This document shows, in pieces, positions 63,394 to 64,000 of a stretch of 64,000 nt of DNA. A program made the position numbers and the translations under genes. Source of the stretch: Saccostrea cucullata (taxonomy: Eukaryota); NCBI RefSeq assembly GCF_032062105.1, contig NW_026925948.1:1-64000 (forward strand). The letters run 5' to 3'. Position 1 is the first letter of the stretch. Every line of letters starts with the position of its first letter. A model generated the notes under the pieces. The model made no database searches, was not told the origin of the DNA, and saw only the letters and a program-made list of their open reading frames with translations.

Positions 63394-63556
63394 ATGTTGA
63401 CATACCCCCCTCCAATCTTTGTTTGCTTGGGGATAATAATAATGATCTTGGAAACAATTTTTTTTTTACAAATATTTCATCATGTTTTTTATCTTTAGGT
63501 TAATTAAAACATTTAAAATCCAGTTATGTTCCAGATTTCAAAGACATAGCATTTAC

Positions 63557-63637
63557 CAGTTTCATCCATGTCCTCTGTATGGATCCCTTGATCTTCATCA
63601 TCTTCATCCACCTCCTCCTCCTCATTCATCACAATTT
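63557..63637 (-). CDS. Acidic 81-nt exon of the same - strand gene (gene continues beyond the window)
   Basis: tttttttag|...IVMNEEEEVDEDDEDQGIHTEDMDET...g|gtaaat; phase 1 matches the terminal exon. Confidence 0.65.
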
Positions 63638-64000
63638 CTAAAAAAAATTAAATAATCAATACATTTAGATAATTTTTTCTCAAACAATGGCTCTTGAATT
63701 TCTCTTCCTGTGAGCATATTTCAAAAGTGTATAGAATACAACTACACATAAACTGTTCCTTATAGTTTGTTTCTTTTATGGCTTGAATGCAACCATGCAG
63801 TAAAAATGGAAATTGAAGTACAATGTACATGGATGAGGTATATTTCATTTAACAGTTAACTGGTGAGCATGGAGCAGACTCAGCAGAGTCTTTGCAATAC
63901 AATCTGTCAATTCCAGCCTTGTAAAGTAAAAAAAGAAGCTCTATTCTTTTTTCTAGTGGGGAAGAAAATTTTTTGCAGTAGACAAACAAAAGCAATTTGT

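Noticed and set aside
63850-63917. Additional upstream exon of the - strand gene
   Set aside because: Plausible acceptor, but no convincing donor or phase could be assigned

Overview
AT-rich eukaryotic genomic DNA, most likely an oyster (Crassostrea/Magallana-type bivalve), judged from a 166-bp Cg170-like satellite inside a Helentron/HINE-type element and the general repeat landscape. The main content is a + strand tandem cluster of three paralogous genes for a predicted secreted protein: signal peptide and coiled-coil exon, then group-A (6-Cys) scavenger-receptor cysteine-rich (SRCR) domains. Each domain is split into a phase 1-2 'A' exon (mostly 142 nt) and a phase 2-1 'B' exon. Copy 1 (4102-21964) has 9 domains, a 14-nt frameshift in exon 5A, an extra A exon destroyed by a Gypsy LTR remnant, and spans an N-gap. 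Copy 2 (34425-35214) is a diverged two-exon truncation. Copy 3 (39496-57056) has 9 domains, but domain 4 lies in a stretch that looks like a chimeric assembly consensus. Introns and spacers are packed with TEs: Tx1/L1 and Penelope remnants, mariner elements, HINEs, IS3EU-like MITEs, SINE pieces, and several unrelated non-coding elements built around long hairpins. At the right end are two - strand exons missed by the ORF track. They encode an acidic linker and a C-terminal SANT/Myb-like domain of the kind seen in tyrosine-recombinase (Crypton-like) transposon proteins. All calls were made by eye; family names for TEs are pattern-based inferences.
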